From Phyllosticta citribraziliensis (taxonomy: Eukaryota), in assembly GCF_038025025.1 (NCBI RefSeq), contig NW_027117344.1, positions 1,364,001-1,428,000 of the forward strand: DNA of 64,000 bases. The letters run 5' to 3'. A program made the position numbers and the translations under genes. Shown piece by piece: positions 11,944-25,114 of this stretch (position 1 is its first letter; each line of letters starts with the position of its first letter). The notes under the pieces were generated by a model that saw nothing but the letters and a program-made list of their open reading frames with translations, was not told the origin of the DNA and ran no database searches.

Positions 11944-14625
11944 CACCCCCTAGGATAAGAAAAGAGATAGTTATAGTAGAGTAGATATATAAGTAGTTAT
12001 ATTAACTAAATAGAAAACTTACTATATTAGTCTATACCTAATAAGGTTATAAAAGCAGTGGTGCTTAACTATTACTAATACTTTAGTAAGCCCGTCTATA
12101 ATTATCTTATTAGTAGAGATATAAGAGATAGTTACAGTTCTATCTATAACTGCCTACTTAATATACTAGTAGTATAGATTAATATGTTTTATAGTAGTAT
12201 TAAACTCTATACTATTAGTAAATTAGACGGCGTTCTTATTATTATTATAGAGCTAGATTAGTTAAGTATTAGGGCCCTTATAACCTATTTTAGTAAGAAC
12301 TTAAGTTATCTAGATAGCTTATTTAATAGTAGGAGTAAGGTTAATAAACTTAGCTTCTATTATAGATATACTAATAAGCTTCTATCTCCTACTCTTTATA
12401 TATAGTAAACCGCCTAAAGCCATGATAATGTAGCCTAATAAGGACTAATAAGTATCTAGATTATTAGTAAAAGCAGCATCTATATGGATTTATAAGCTAA
12501 GAGTGCTATTATTACTAGGGTGTAGAATGATTCTATAATTATATATACCCTATAAGTATTAAAGGACTTAGTAAGTAGTAGTAAGGTGTTTATTTAATAG
12601 GTTATAGGTATATTATAAGAGATAAGTAGTAGGGAAAAGAATAGCTAGGTGGCATCTTATTATATACTATATAAGTAAGCTAACAATCTTACTATAAAGC
12701 TATTAATAGTCTAGGTCGTTCTTGCCATTATACGCGCGTAATTTATAGGAATCTATTAGTATAAGGACGCGCGTAGTATTACTTATACTAAACTATATAA
12801 GAACGTTTTAAATATATCTACCTTAGAATAGTATAATTGTGCTATTTATATATTAATTAATATAAAGACTAAGGAAGTAATATAGTCGGCCTATATCTTT
12901 AAAGTAGATCTTAGTATTAAGTAGTGAGATAATTTTATTAACTTTAGACTTAGTTTTAGTAGTAATATAGAGATTATTAATATAGATAAGAATAAATATA
13001 AGCTTATCCTAGTATCTTATAATATAGGGTTCTAAAGGGAGAGAGCAGAAACCTAGATAGTATAAGAAATTATAGAGGTACTAAAACTAAGTAAGTAGTA
13101 ACTAGTATAAGCTATATAAGGCTCTTTAGAGATGCTAAACTTATTATAGGACCTGGTATCTAGGAGGTATATAGGTATAGACTAGGTCTTTTAGTAGTAT
13201 ATTAAGGAAGGCTATCTTAATATCCCCTTACTTATAAAATAAGTAATAATAGATGTTAATTACTAAAAATAGTATAAAAGTAGGAAATATAATAACTAGT
13301 AATAATACTTTAGATGTATTAAATCCCTTATATTAAAGATTACCTAAAACTATAACGCGGCTCTTATAGATAACCTTCTTACCTAGCTTATTAAGCTTAT
13401 AGACCTAGACCTATTATAGTAGTAGTACCTAAGAGCTATCTAATAGGTAGTTAGTCTCTTTAAAGGTACTAGTATTAGTTAACTCCTATATCTACTTATC
13501 TATAGAGGGTCTCTAATAGATAGATTTTAGCCCTATAAGGGCCTTATACTATAAGTAAGGTAGAACCTTATTAGTAGGGATGGCGTCTTATTAGTAATAA
13601 GTAGTATTTTCTATAGTAGTAAAGGCGCGTATATAGTAAGTAGATAGTTAAGGAGGTTAAGCATTATCTAAACTATATTTCTTATTAAAGAATTATATCT
13701 TAGTATGAATCTACTAAGGGTATTATAATAGTGCTATTAGTAGTAGAGTAGGTATAGGTAATAGAGATAGTAAGGGCGGTAGTAGAGTTAAAGTTAAGTT
13801 AGTAAGTACTAAATTATTAGATCTAGCGCATTTATTAGCTAGAGAGATATTAATCTAATCTATTTTATCTACTAATAGTATAATGTCTATAAACGCGTCC
13901 TCCTTACCTCTACTACTAATATCTATACTACCTATATTAGACCTCTCTACTACTTTAATTGCTTATTCTACTATATTATAGATTGCTTTAGTATTGCCTT
14001 TAAGAGTGTCTTAAACTGTTTTTAATATAAGATGTATAATAAGTGTCTTATTATTACTATTCTTAACTTTTCTATCTTCTATATTATTTATAGTAGCTAT
14101 TAAGTCTAGCTACTAAGGAGGTCTAAAATATATGTCCTAAGTATAGATAACCTAGTTTATTTAAGGGAGATATACCTAGAAGATATACTTATAGTTATAG
14201 CTAATAAACTATTCTTTCTCTACTCTTATATTAAATTTAGCGCTCTTAAGATGCTTCTTAGCTAGGATATAAGTATATATAGTAATACTAAAGACTAGTA
14301 CTAGTAACTAGACGTCCTTATACCTACTAATAGTATTATTAAAAATATTAACTAGTATCTTGCTATTAAGTGCGCGAGTGGGAAGATAGTTAAGAAGATA
14401 TACTATATATTAATAGGCTTCTATCTATAATAATTAAGGCGTATTTAACATGATACTTATAGAGTAGGCCATACTAGTAATAAGGTATATAGATAACTTA
14501 CTAATACTATTTTACTTAGGTAAGTATAGTGCTATCTTTTTAACCTTAATACCCTCTATCTTTACCTATACTAGTAGCTTTTAGCTGCTAAACTCTATGC
14601 TATTATCTATTTAGAGGGCTTAGAT

Positions 14626-15048
14626 TATTACGATAGGCGTATACGCGCCTATATAAGTACTAGGGCCAGTATAGATAAACCTAGTATTGCGCGGTTATAA
14701 GAAGCACAAGCCTCACCTTAGGTAGCAGCCTGCTATAGCTTAGGCTAAAACCTGCAGGCTGGTACTAGCTACTACAGCCTAGTACTAGCCACTATAGCCC
14801 TAGGTAGATACTATATAACAGCCTATTAATACCTTACCTTTATAACTTACCTAATAATAACTAAGGACCCTTATATAAAGGATAAGAGATAGAATAGTAT
14901 AAAGGAAGGACTAGGAAATATATAGGTAGTAAGTATCTTTTATATTTTATTCTTTTAACTTATTAGATTTAATTAAGATATATATATATTCTCTAGTAGT
15001 TTACCTTTAGCTCTTACCTATATAATAAGAAATCTATAAGTTATAATA
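14626..15048 (+). repeat. Gypsy 5' LTR
   Basis: Direct repeat of 22447-22869, same length; TATAAA at 14898-14903. Confidence 0.93.
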
Positions 15049-18000
15049 GATATAAAAGATCATTCTAAGTTTTAGCTCTATCCTACTTCTTTACCTATAA
15101 AGGTGTTATAATATTTGACCTAAGTAATATTATATATAGCTATAGTCTTATATAAGACTACTTGTTACTTTTCCCTAGTAAACCTAAGTCATCTTTATTA
15201 GGCGCATTGGTATTATCTAAGGACTAAGGAGTATTAAGTATATATTAACTATAGAAGTCTTTAGTTAAGGCTATAGGGTAGTATATAAATATTTAGGAGG
15301 TATCCTATCTATAACCTGCTTAAGGGACATTCTAAGTAGAAGACTATAAAGATAGTATAGCTAAGAATAAAGCTAACACATCTAGTACTACTAAAGGTGT
15401 TAGTACTAGTTAATTAACCTAATAAGATTCGCGTAAAGGAACTAAAGATTCGCGCAATACTAGATACTTATTAAATAATAATAAGAGAGGACCTACCCCT
15501 ATTCTCCTATATAATTTCTACTTAGTCCTAGTAGTAGAGGTAAAAGAATGTACCTAAGACCTAGGGTTAACTTATACAGTTTAAGCTCTAGTTATAGAGG
15601 CGTTTATAAAGGTACTATACTTAGATATTAATTAATTTAAATCTAAGATTGCATCCTTAAACAAGTCTTAAGTATAGTAGTAACTAAACCGCGCATAAAG
15701 GCAAAACTAGGCTCTTAAGTAAATACTCTTAAACTATACTAATAGACTTAGGGAAGTTCTAAGGGAAGGATATATTAGGCCCTCTTTATTAGCTTAGCAC
15801 CTAAGACCTATTACCCTCTCTTAAGATCCTTCTACTAGTAGAGTTATAAGGACTCTTAGACCTCCTCCTAACTATATAAGGGAAACTACTACTAAAACCT
15901 CTACTTTATCTTTAAGTAGTAAGAAATACTAAAGTAGTAAGGTTCCTAATCCTCCTCTTCTTACTAATAGAGAAGACCCCTTATATAAATACTAGACCCT
16001 CCTTATATAAAATAAAATTAAACAAAACCACAATTACTTTACTAAAGATATAGTAGAGGAGACTAAATAGAATATTACAGGTTATATTATTTCCTATATT
16101 AGTAGAGAAGTCTTATATTACCTAACTCCTTTTCTTACTTCTTATATAAAGGCTAATAAAGTTACTCTAGATAAGGATATCTTTAAATTCCTAGATAACC
16201 TCCTCTAGAGTCTATATAAATATAAGGATATAAAGAAGTAGTTATACTCTCTTATATACTGTATTCCTATAGACCTTTAGAAGTTTTAATTAAACTTTAT
16301 ATAATTAGCCTTAGATATAGATCTTCCCTAGGAATAGTAAAAAGAGGACTTTTATAATATAATAGATCCTCTCCTTTAAACCTATATAGTTACTATAGAG
16401 TAAGATAGGGATATTAACTTTTATAAGTACCTCTAATAAGCCTACCCTATTGCTTAAAGTCTTAGTAACTACTATTCTAACTATAGAAAACCAATACTCA
16501 CGTCGCGTAAGGAATAAGTAAAGAAGAGATAATAAGAATAAGTAAAGATAACTACCTTAGGCGGTATAAGTACTTTATCTTCTAGTCATGCCTAGGCGCG
16601 ATCTATATCTAGGGCTCCCTTATATAATATAACCTATAAAGGCAAAGTAGAAGTCTATATAGAGAGTAGACTATATAATTACTATAGCTAGTTTAGCTAT
16701 TTATAGAGATAATGCCCACAACCTAAGATAAAGGCAATAGAGTTAGTTAAAGAAGAAAGTACTAAAGATGTCTATATAAATAAAGGAGATTAGTCTTTAT
16801 TAGAAAATAATAAGGCCTAGGTAAAGTCTCCTACCTTAGGTCTAAACTTAGAGTAATATATATTAAAGGTTCTTATATAAATCTTAGTTACTTTATTAGA
16901 GGTGTACCCTTTACTATATAAACCTTAATTATATCTAATAGCCGCGCCTTAGAAATTTATACCCTAGCTAATACTAGTACTAGTAGTATAAGTTTTATTC
17001 ACCCTAAGCTACTACTAACTCTCCAGTCTATAGGTGCTATAAAAAAGAGAATAATAGGTAAAGGGCTTAATATTACTAGGTTTAACTAATATATAAATAA
17101 GAAAGTTAATTTTTACTTTTATCTTTAACTCTACTTCTAGGATTAAATAGTTTCTACTTATACTTTTATTTATAATATTGGCCATAATAACATAATTCTT
17201 AGGCGATAGTTTTTTAACTAGTACGATGTTCTTCTAGACTATAAATAATATAAACTAGTCTAGAGATAGCTACTAGTTAACTAATCCTTTTAGTATCTTT
17301 TACACCTACTAAAAGTCTCTATGTAAAGTAATAAACCACAGAAAGAACATTAAGTAGATATAGACTATAGAGATAAAAACTTTAATAAACGCCTTCTTCC
17401 CTTAGTATAGGTTATTAAGGGAATTAAATTTTAAACTTAAGATGCTTTTAAGCTTTCTATCTATAAAATATAAGTTATGCTAATAGAGATCTATACTATT
17501 AACCTTATATAAGTTTAAGTAGCTCTTAAAGATAAAGAAACTGAGGAATTATTAGCTTCTAAGCTACTAGCTACTTATAAGGAATTTTAAGATGTGTTTT
17601 CTAAAATAGAGTCTAATAAGCTACTACTATATCGCGTAGGGGTTAATTATAAAATATCTCTTATATATAATAGTCTACTAGAGCTTCTACCTAGTCCTCT
17701 CTATAGAATGTCTCTAGAGCAGCTTAAGGCTATAAAAGAGTATATTATTAAGAACCTTTAGAAAGGCTTTATTACTAAGAGCTTTACTACCTATACTTCT
17801 CCTATTCTTATAGTAAAAAAGCCTAGTAGGGGATGGAGATTTTACGTAGACTACTAATAGCTTAATAAATAAACTGCTAAGGATTTACACCCCCTTCCTC
17901 TTATTATAGAGTTGCTTTAGCGTGTTAGAAAGGGCAAAATTTATACTAAGCTTGATATTTAATAAGCTTTCTACTATATTTATCTTACTAAGGATTCTAA

Positions 18001-20659
18001 AGATAAGACTACCTTCTATATAAGATATAGCTTATTTAAATACTATATCTTGCTATTTAGATTAAGTAATAGACCTATAGCCTTTTAATATTTTATTAAC
18101 CAGGTTCTCTTTAAGTATTTAGATAATTTTATTATAGCTTTTATAAATAATATGCTTATTATCTCTAAAGACCCTACAGAGCACAAGGAATAAGTAAAAA
18201 AAGTACTAGTAAGACTATAAAAAGCAGGACTATAGGTAGATTTAAAGAAGAGTAAGTTTTTAGTTACTTATATAAAGTTCCTTAGATATATTGTTTCTAT
18301 AGAAGGCATTTAGATAGACCTAGATAAGGTAGAACCTATATAAAACTAGCTAATACCTAAAACCCTTAAAGCTCTTTAATCCTTCCTAGGTTTCTATAAT
18401 TTCTACTAATGATTTCTCCCTAACTATAGATAAATTAGCTGGCTATTAGAGAAACTATACTCTAAGGCAAAATAGTAACTACTAGGACCCCTAGAAGAGG
18501 AGGCAATTTAATAACTTAAGAAGCTAATATATAGTGATATACTTCTAGCTAACTATGACCCTACTCTTAATACTTATATAGAGACTAATATAAGTAATAG
18601 AGTTACTATAGGCATTTTAATGCAGCTCTAATAACCTTTATATAATTAGAAACTAGTAGCGTTCTACTCTAAGGTAATAGCTGATGCAGAACTTTATTAT
18701 AGAATATCTAATAAAGAACTGCTAGCTATTAAGAATAGACTAGAAGAATAGAGACTAATACTTATTAGCCTTAAAAAGCCTTTTCTTATAATAATAGACT
18801 ATTAGGCATTAGAGTACTACTCTACTAAACGACAACTTAATTAATAATAAGCTAGATGGTCTAAGTTTTTTATAGAGTTCCACATATAATTCTCCTATTA
18901 GCTAGGAAAGGAAAATATCATTACTAATTACCTTACTTAAAAATAAGAAGACCTAAAGACTTAAAAAGAAAAAGTAAAGGCTATATAAGAGATATGCCTT
19001 ATCCTACTAGAGACTATTATCCCTCTTTCTATTTTAGAATAAGAACTTCCTTCTCTAGTATTATTTTTAGATAAACTTCTCTATATAAACTAAGAAGATT
19101 CTAAATTAGAACTCTAGAGATAGAAGGCCCTCTTAAAAGACCTTAAATAAAGAAATAGTTAGGAACTAAAGGATGGTCTTTTATTATAATATAGTACCCT
19201 CTTTATACTAGATTGTGATAACCTCTATATAAGAATGCTTAATACTTTATATACTACCTATATAACTGCCTATCCTAGTATTATAAAGATGCGAAAACTC
19301 CTTAAGTAATATTACTACTAGCTAGCTATAAATTACATAATTAATATTTATAGGTAAGGATGCTATATTTGCTGCTAAATAAAGGAGTTTTATAATAAAG
19401 ACCTAGGCCTTCTATAACTACTAGAGATTCCTACTCGACCCTAGTAATACTTAGCTATAGATTTTAAAGAGATGCCTAAGGACTAAAAAGGCTATAATAT
19501 AATCCTAGTTATTATAGACTAGTTAAGTGGAAGAACCTTTAGCTTGCCTTATATAAAGAAGATTAATACTAAAGGAGTCTCTAGGCTTTTTTATAAATAT
19601 ATCTACTATATTTATAGAAACCCTAAGTCTATCCTATCTAACTAAGGCCCTTAGTTCATCTTAGCGTTTATAAATAAACTATATAAGCTAACTAGTATAG
19701 AGTAGCATTTTAACTTATCCTACTACTCTTAAACTAATAGTATTATAGAGATTGTTAATTAGCATCTTATATAAAGATTAAGACCTTTTATTAATTACTT
19801 TTAGAATAATTAGTCTAATCTTCTACTATTAATAGACCTTATACAAGTAACACTTCCCTATAAAGCTACTAGACTTTTACCTTTTAAGATTAAGTTAGGA
19901 TATTCCCCTTAAATATACTATAACTAGTAATAAAGAATAGAGACCCCCTAGTAACTAGAAAAGATAGCTCGTATAGTAGTATAAACACTATAAAAGAGAA
20001 GATAAGAAGCTTTTAAATTTATAAAGAATCTTATTCTTAAATCCTAAGAGTATATATACTAATAAGCTAATAAATACCGTCATGTGCTAGACTTTATAGT
20101 TAGAGATTATATCTATATTAAGAAAACTAGATGGTCTACTAATTAGCTAAACCTTAAATTAGACTTCCCTAATACTAGACCTTTTAAGATTATAGGAATA
20201 GAAGGACCCTCCTATATCCTTAATCTTCCCTTATATATAAAGATAGTTAACCTTTTCTATACTAATAGGCTATATAAGGCTAAAATGGAACAGCTTCCTA
20301 GTTAGGAATATACTAAACCTAAACCTAAGATTATTTAAGACGAGCCTAAGTGGGAAGTAGACTATATTTAAGCTAGTTAAGTCTTATATAGGAAGCTTTA
20401 ATACTAAGTTAAATAGACTAGATATAACTAAGATAACTAGTAGTATAACGTAAGTTCTTTTAGTAGTATACTATAGAAAATTAAAGAATTCCACTCATTA
20501 TACCCTATTATAGCAGGACTACTAAAAAATCTAGAAAAATAGAAGGCTGCCTTCCTCTAAGAAGAACTATAGATTAAAATAGAAAGTAATAATAAAACAA
20601 GTTACTTAGGCCTATAGTAAATATTATAAAGATATAGAAAGTAGACTGATTAGTTTACT

Positions 20660-21400
20660 ATCTACCCTTATATAAATACTATTAATCTTAACTTCTACTC
20701 TCTAGTCTCTCCTTTTTACTACTTATTTCCTACTATCCTCTTCTTTAATTTCTACCCTTTACTTCTTTCCTTTTCCCTTCTTCTTATTATAATAGTTATT
20801 ATATAAGACTATCTCTTCTAGATCCTCTAGCTTATTAGGCAGGATGTCCTACTTAGCTAAAGCCTAATTAGTTTAATCCTCTAACCTGGCTTAGTAGTAC
20901 AAGTTCTAGAACTCCTCTATATAAATTTTATCTTTATACCTCTTATAATAAGCAGGCGGCTTGGCACCCTTTAAGTTACTTATAGTATAGTTAAGGTTGC
21001 CTATACCCTAAAGGTAGTTGGCACAGCAGCCCTATAAGAAACCAGGTAGGTAGTAATAACTAATAAACGCGCGAGTATTAGTATTATCGCAACACTTAGT
21101 ATAGCTAATAGAGTTATTAATTCTAGTATACTAGATAAGAAAAGCATCGCATAAGCTGGCTTAAGTTTTAACTAATAAGTAGTTAAATTGCTAAGTAGAA
21201 ACTATAATATATAAGTAAGGCATATTATTACCTAAGGCCAAGATATACTTAGCGCGCTCTTATACTTTAGAACTACTAAGGTATACCTATATAGTTAGTT
21301 AGATAAGAATCCCTTATATTAGTAAGATAAACTTACTTATACGACACTCTCTATATTCTTATAAGGGATATAAAGCGTTAACTTAAAGTCCTACTTAATA
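20660..21400 (-). pseudogene. Relic antisense accessory ORF in the Gypsy 3' region with a Cys-rich DUF3716-like motif (boundaries approximate)
   Basis: Minus strand 21160-21005 reads SLCDAFLI*YTRINNSISYTKCCDNTNTRAFISYYYLPGFL*GCCANYL*G. Reversing RIP gives AxLIQxxG..CxKC..F..C..PG..GCCANCxW. A K/E/R-rich minus-strand tract follows at ~20700-20790. Confidence 0.55.
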
Positions 21401-22446
21401 GGCACCTTATTAGAGCTAACTAGCAATGCCACAACGCGAATCTCACTATTACTACTATTATATAAAGTAGCAGGTAGTAAGTACTTAGCTGCTAGAACCT
21501 AATAAGCTATAGGATTATAATAATAGTATATATAAGTAGGCTCTTTACCTTCTTCCTCTAAAATAGGCTGTGCGATAGCAAACTAGCAGCAATATAGCAT
21601 AATAGGCTAGTTAGTAGTAGGCTATACAGCTATAGATAATAAACCTCGCGCGATAACTAATAATACTAATTAAGTAGAACCTAATACTATAGTATACTAT
21701 AGGTAAAGTAACAAGCCTATAGCTATTCCTAGCTAAATAAGTAAAGCCTAGCCTAACTAAGTCTTTATATAAGTATCCTCCTCTATAATTATATCAGTCA
21801 GCAAGACAGGACAATAAAGTAGTAAAACCTAGATATATAATACTACTTAACAGCCTAGATAACAATTAGTAATAGTTAGAGATAGAATTAAAGTTTACTT
21901 ACCTTAGGACTCTATATAATAGTCCTTATAGATACTACTAGCTAAAACAGCTCTCTAAGTAAGTAGCAACTATAACAGATCGCGAACGACGCCATATAAT
22001 AATAACTTAATACTATAACTCTTATATAATAGTAATAAGTCCTAATAGACTAGACTATAATGAGTAGTAGATATATTAAGTATATAGCAGCCAGGAATAT
22101 CTACTTTACTATTAGTAGGGTATAAATCATTTAAATTATTAGAACCTTTATATATAATAGTTAGTTTACTAGATTATAGCTAAATTAGACTAGGGCAATA
22201 ATATACTTTAATAGAGAGCTTTAGATATAGCTAAATAAGATAGCAACCTTCTATAGGTCGCACAGTAAAAGAGATAGTAATAGAAAGAGATAGTATAGTA
22301 GTAGACCTAGACTAATAATTATACTTTATAACTATATAGAACGCTTAAATTACTAAATTACTACTATTATATATTATAAGTCTGCACCTATATAAGCGCC
22401 TATAGCTACTAATTCCTATAATTTTAGCTTCTCTTTAGGGGGGGCA

Positions 22447-22869
22447 TGTTATAATAGGTATATATATACCTATATAAGTACTAGGGCCAGTATAGATAAA
22501 CCTAGCATTATATAGTTATAAGAAGTACAAGCCTCACCTTAGGCAGCAGCCTGCTATAGCTTAGGCTAAAACCTACAGGCTGGCACTAGCTACTATAGCC
22601 TAGCACTAGCTACTATAGCCCTAGGTAGATACTATATAACAGCCTATTAACACCTTACCTTTATAACTTACCTAATAATAACTAAGGACCCTTATATAAA
22701 GGATAAGAGGTAGAATAGTATAAAGGAAGGACTAGGAAATATATAGATAGTAAGTATCTTTTATATTTTATTCTTTTAACTTATTAGATTTAATTAAGAT
22801 ATATATATATTCTCTAGCAGTTTACCTTTAGCCCTTACCTACGTAATAAGAAATCTACAAGTTGTGACA
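22447..22869 (+). repeat. Gypsy 3' LTR
   Basis: TG...CA termini, preceded by the polypurine tract and followed by TSD TAGAT. Confidence 0.93.
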
Positions 22870-24847
22870 TAGATCTTATATTAGAACTAGGTTTTAGTCT
22901 ATTTACTAAAGTTTTAAATACTATTAAAGGCGTCGCCCTTAGTCTTTATAACTAATAAGTATTATAGATATAAGTAGTCGTCTATAAATACCACCCCCTA
23001 ATAGCAGCTATTATGGCTGACTATAAGTGGTCTAAATATATTAATATAGACGCGTCTAAAGGGCGCGTCTGCTTAAGGTATTAGTTTATATAATACTATC
23101 TAGTAGGACTTAGCTATATAGCAGGATTTATAATAGAAGTCTTAGTTACTAGTAATAATAAGTTATCCCTAGTACTAGAGCTTATTAAGTATACTAGTAT
23201 AGACATACCCTAATTACTAGTACCACGTCTTATATATCGCTATAGGAGGAGTTACTATAGTAAATACTTATACTATATAATTATTATTAATAACTATTAG
23301 AATGTTCACCCCTAAACTATTAGAGTAAGCTATAATAGCTGTTCTATAGTTTTATATTTATAATATAGAGGTAAGCTAATCTAGGTATAGTCCCTTCTAC
23401 TTAAGTTTTAAAGCTAAGATAAGACTAACTATTAGTACTAGAATATATAGAACACCCTCTATTATAAGAGTATTAACTATACTATTTATAGGATAGTAGA
23501 GTATGGCGTTGCTATAGCTAATAGCTATTACTATACCTAAACTGTATACCTAGACTAGCTGCGCGAACTATAAGTAGTTTATTAGCTTAGTTAAATTTAG
23601 TATATAGTAGGTATTAGCCCTAGTATTAACAATCTATTCATCCTTTATTAAAGCTAGATATAGGTATAGGGTAGTAAAGTAGTTCGCGCCTTATACTAGA
23701 GGGTTAGTTATTAATATTATTATTACTATTACTACTATTAGTAGTTTAGAGACTTAATTATCTAGTATATAGAATACCCCTAATACTAGCTTCTAATAGG
23801 TGGGATAGTATTTAAGGTAAAGATAGCTATACTTAGCCTTAATATACCCCTTCTTTCTATAGTAATTATAGGTAGCACAGTTAGACTTAGACTACTTAGT
23901 AGACTGCTAACTAGTATAAATAGTAAGAGCTATAGTACTATTCTTACTAGTATATTTAATCTTATTAGTTATAGTATAGAAGAGATCCTTAAACTTAGGC
24001 ATCTCCTTCTTATTATACTAATTTATATACTAAGTTATATACTAGATAGGAATATCATCTTATAAGTTTTCTAAAAGTAGAATATAGAGAATCTAGTCCT
24101 TAACTTACTATTAGATATAGCTAATATAGGCTTACCTTTATTTATATAGGGCATTATAGAATTCCTTTACTATTATAAAATTACTATATTAATAGAAGAT
24201 AAAGTCCTTAATAATATTAGCCTTAGAGAGGATACCCTTAGTATTATATATATTATAAAGCTTCTACTATATAGAGTAAGCTAAACTAGTATACCCCTAT
24301 AGTACTATTATAATAGGAAGTATAATAATTATTATAAACTAGTAGATAATATATATATCCTTCTTATAATTAGTAGCATTTTTTAGCTTATCCTTAAGTA
24401 GATAGGCATAATAGAATAGACTAAGCCTTATCTTAACTATTATCTTAAAGGTTACCTAGTTAGTAGGGCCTTTAAGTAGCTAGATATTCTTTAAAGGGAT
24501 ACTAAACTTACTATTATTTATAGTTAGGTCTACCTCTTCTTTAGCCTTAGCCTACTTAGCTAGTATAGAAGATAAGGCAGCAGTAAAGCCTAAACTACTA
24601 GATAATAAGGGAGGAAGGGAAGGTAAAGTTATAGTAAAGATAATAACTATTAGTATATTACTTAGAGTTATAGAGATAGATAATACTAATAAATTTACTA
24701 AAGAGTAGGAATTATATAAGATAATAAGGGATAAAATAATAAAATAATAAAATAACTATTAGTAATAATTATATAGATAGTATTATAGTATAACACTAAA
24801 ATAAGCTAGATAAGCAATTTATATATGTAATATAAGGGCTTATAACC

Positions 24848-25114
24848 TAATAAAGTAAGATAAGAGAACTAAAGACTCTATTTAAGGCTACTCTAAGAGC
24901 TATCTATATACTGCTAAAACTACCAGGGGGAGTAGTAGCCGGTACCAACTACTAATAAGTCCTAAACTCATTAAGACGCGCAAAGCCAACAGACAAGCAC
25001 ATCTCAACTAAAGCAGTAAGTCATCATCCAGACAAGCTACAGTCATCCAGGCAAACTACAGCTGAGACGACGCGATGGGAGACTGCTTGGTGTTGTTACA
25101 CAGGACCACCAACA
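24848..25114 (-). repeat. Copia LTR (5' LTR); outer part largely escaped RIP
   Basis: Ends ..GGACCACCAACA and retains CpA/CpG sites that are TpA in the partner LTR. Confidence 0.93.

Larger units (their letters stand above)
14626..22869 (+). mobile_element. Ty3/Gypsy chromovirus LTR retrotransposon (8244 bp) nested in the Copia pol region, RIP-inactivated
   Basis: 423-bp LTRs at 14626-15048 and 22447-22869 (TGTT..GACA). TSD TAGAT at 14621-14625 and 22870-22874. PPT AGGGGGGG just before 22447. Motifs readable through RIP: gag CCHC knuckle (~16670-16718), protease 'LADTGA'-like (~16960-17000), RT 'KKPxxGWRFxVDY' (~17815-17866) and 'AFINNMLI'=FIDD (~18137-18160), RNase H, integrase, chromodomain 'EPxWEVDxIL' (~20342-20430). 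Confidence 0.94.
11677..25114 (-). mobile_element. Ty1/Copia LTR retrotransposon (~5.19 kb without the nested Gypsy), RIP-inactivated
   Basis: 267-bp LTRs at 11677-11943 and 24848-25114. 5-bp TSD ATAGA 11672-11676 / ACGGA 25115-25119. Copia-type PBS GGTTATAAGCCC (minus) abuts the right LTR and a purine tract AGGGGGTG (minus) abuts the left LTR. Minus-strand order is gag knuckle (~23825-23875), integrase (~22900-23500), RT 'RALYxL' (~13095-13130) and 'ILIYINNL'=YVDDL (~12970-13000), RNase H 'DGLTK' (~12080-12110). Confidence 0.93.

Noticed and set aside
7150..25114. AT-rich block as a centromere, mitochondrial insertion or Starship-type giant element
   Set aside because: Essentially every base is accounted for by the MULE, the host-gene fragment, the Copia and the Gypsy, each element with a TSD. 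No tyrosine-recombinase captain or organellar genes were seen.
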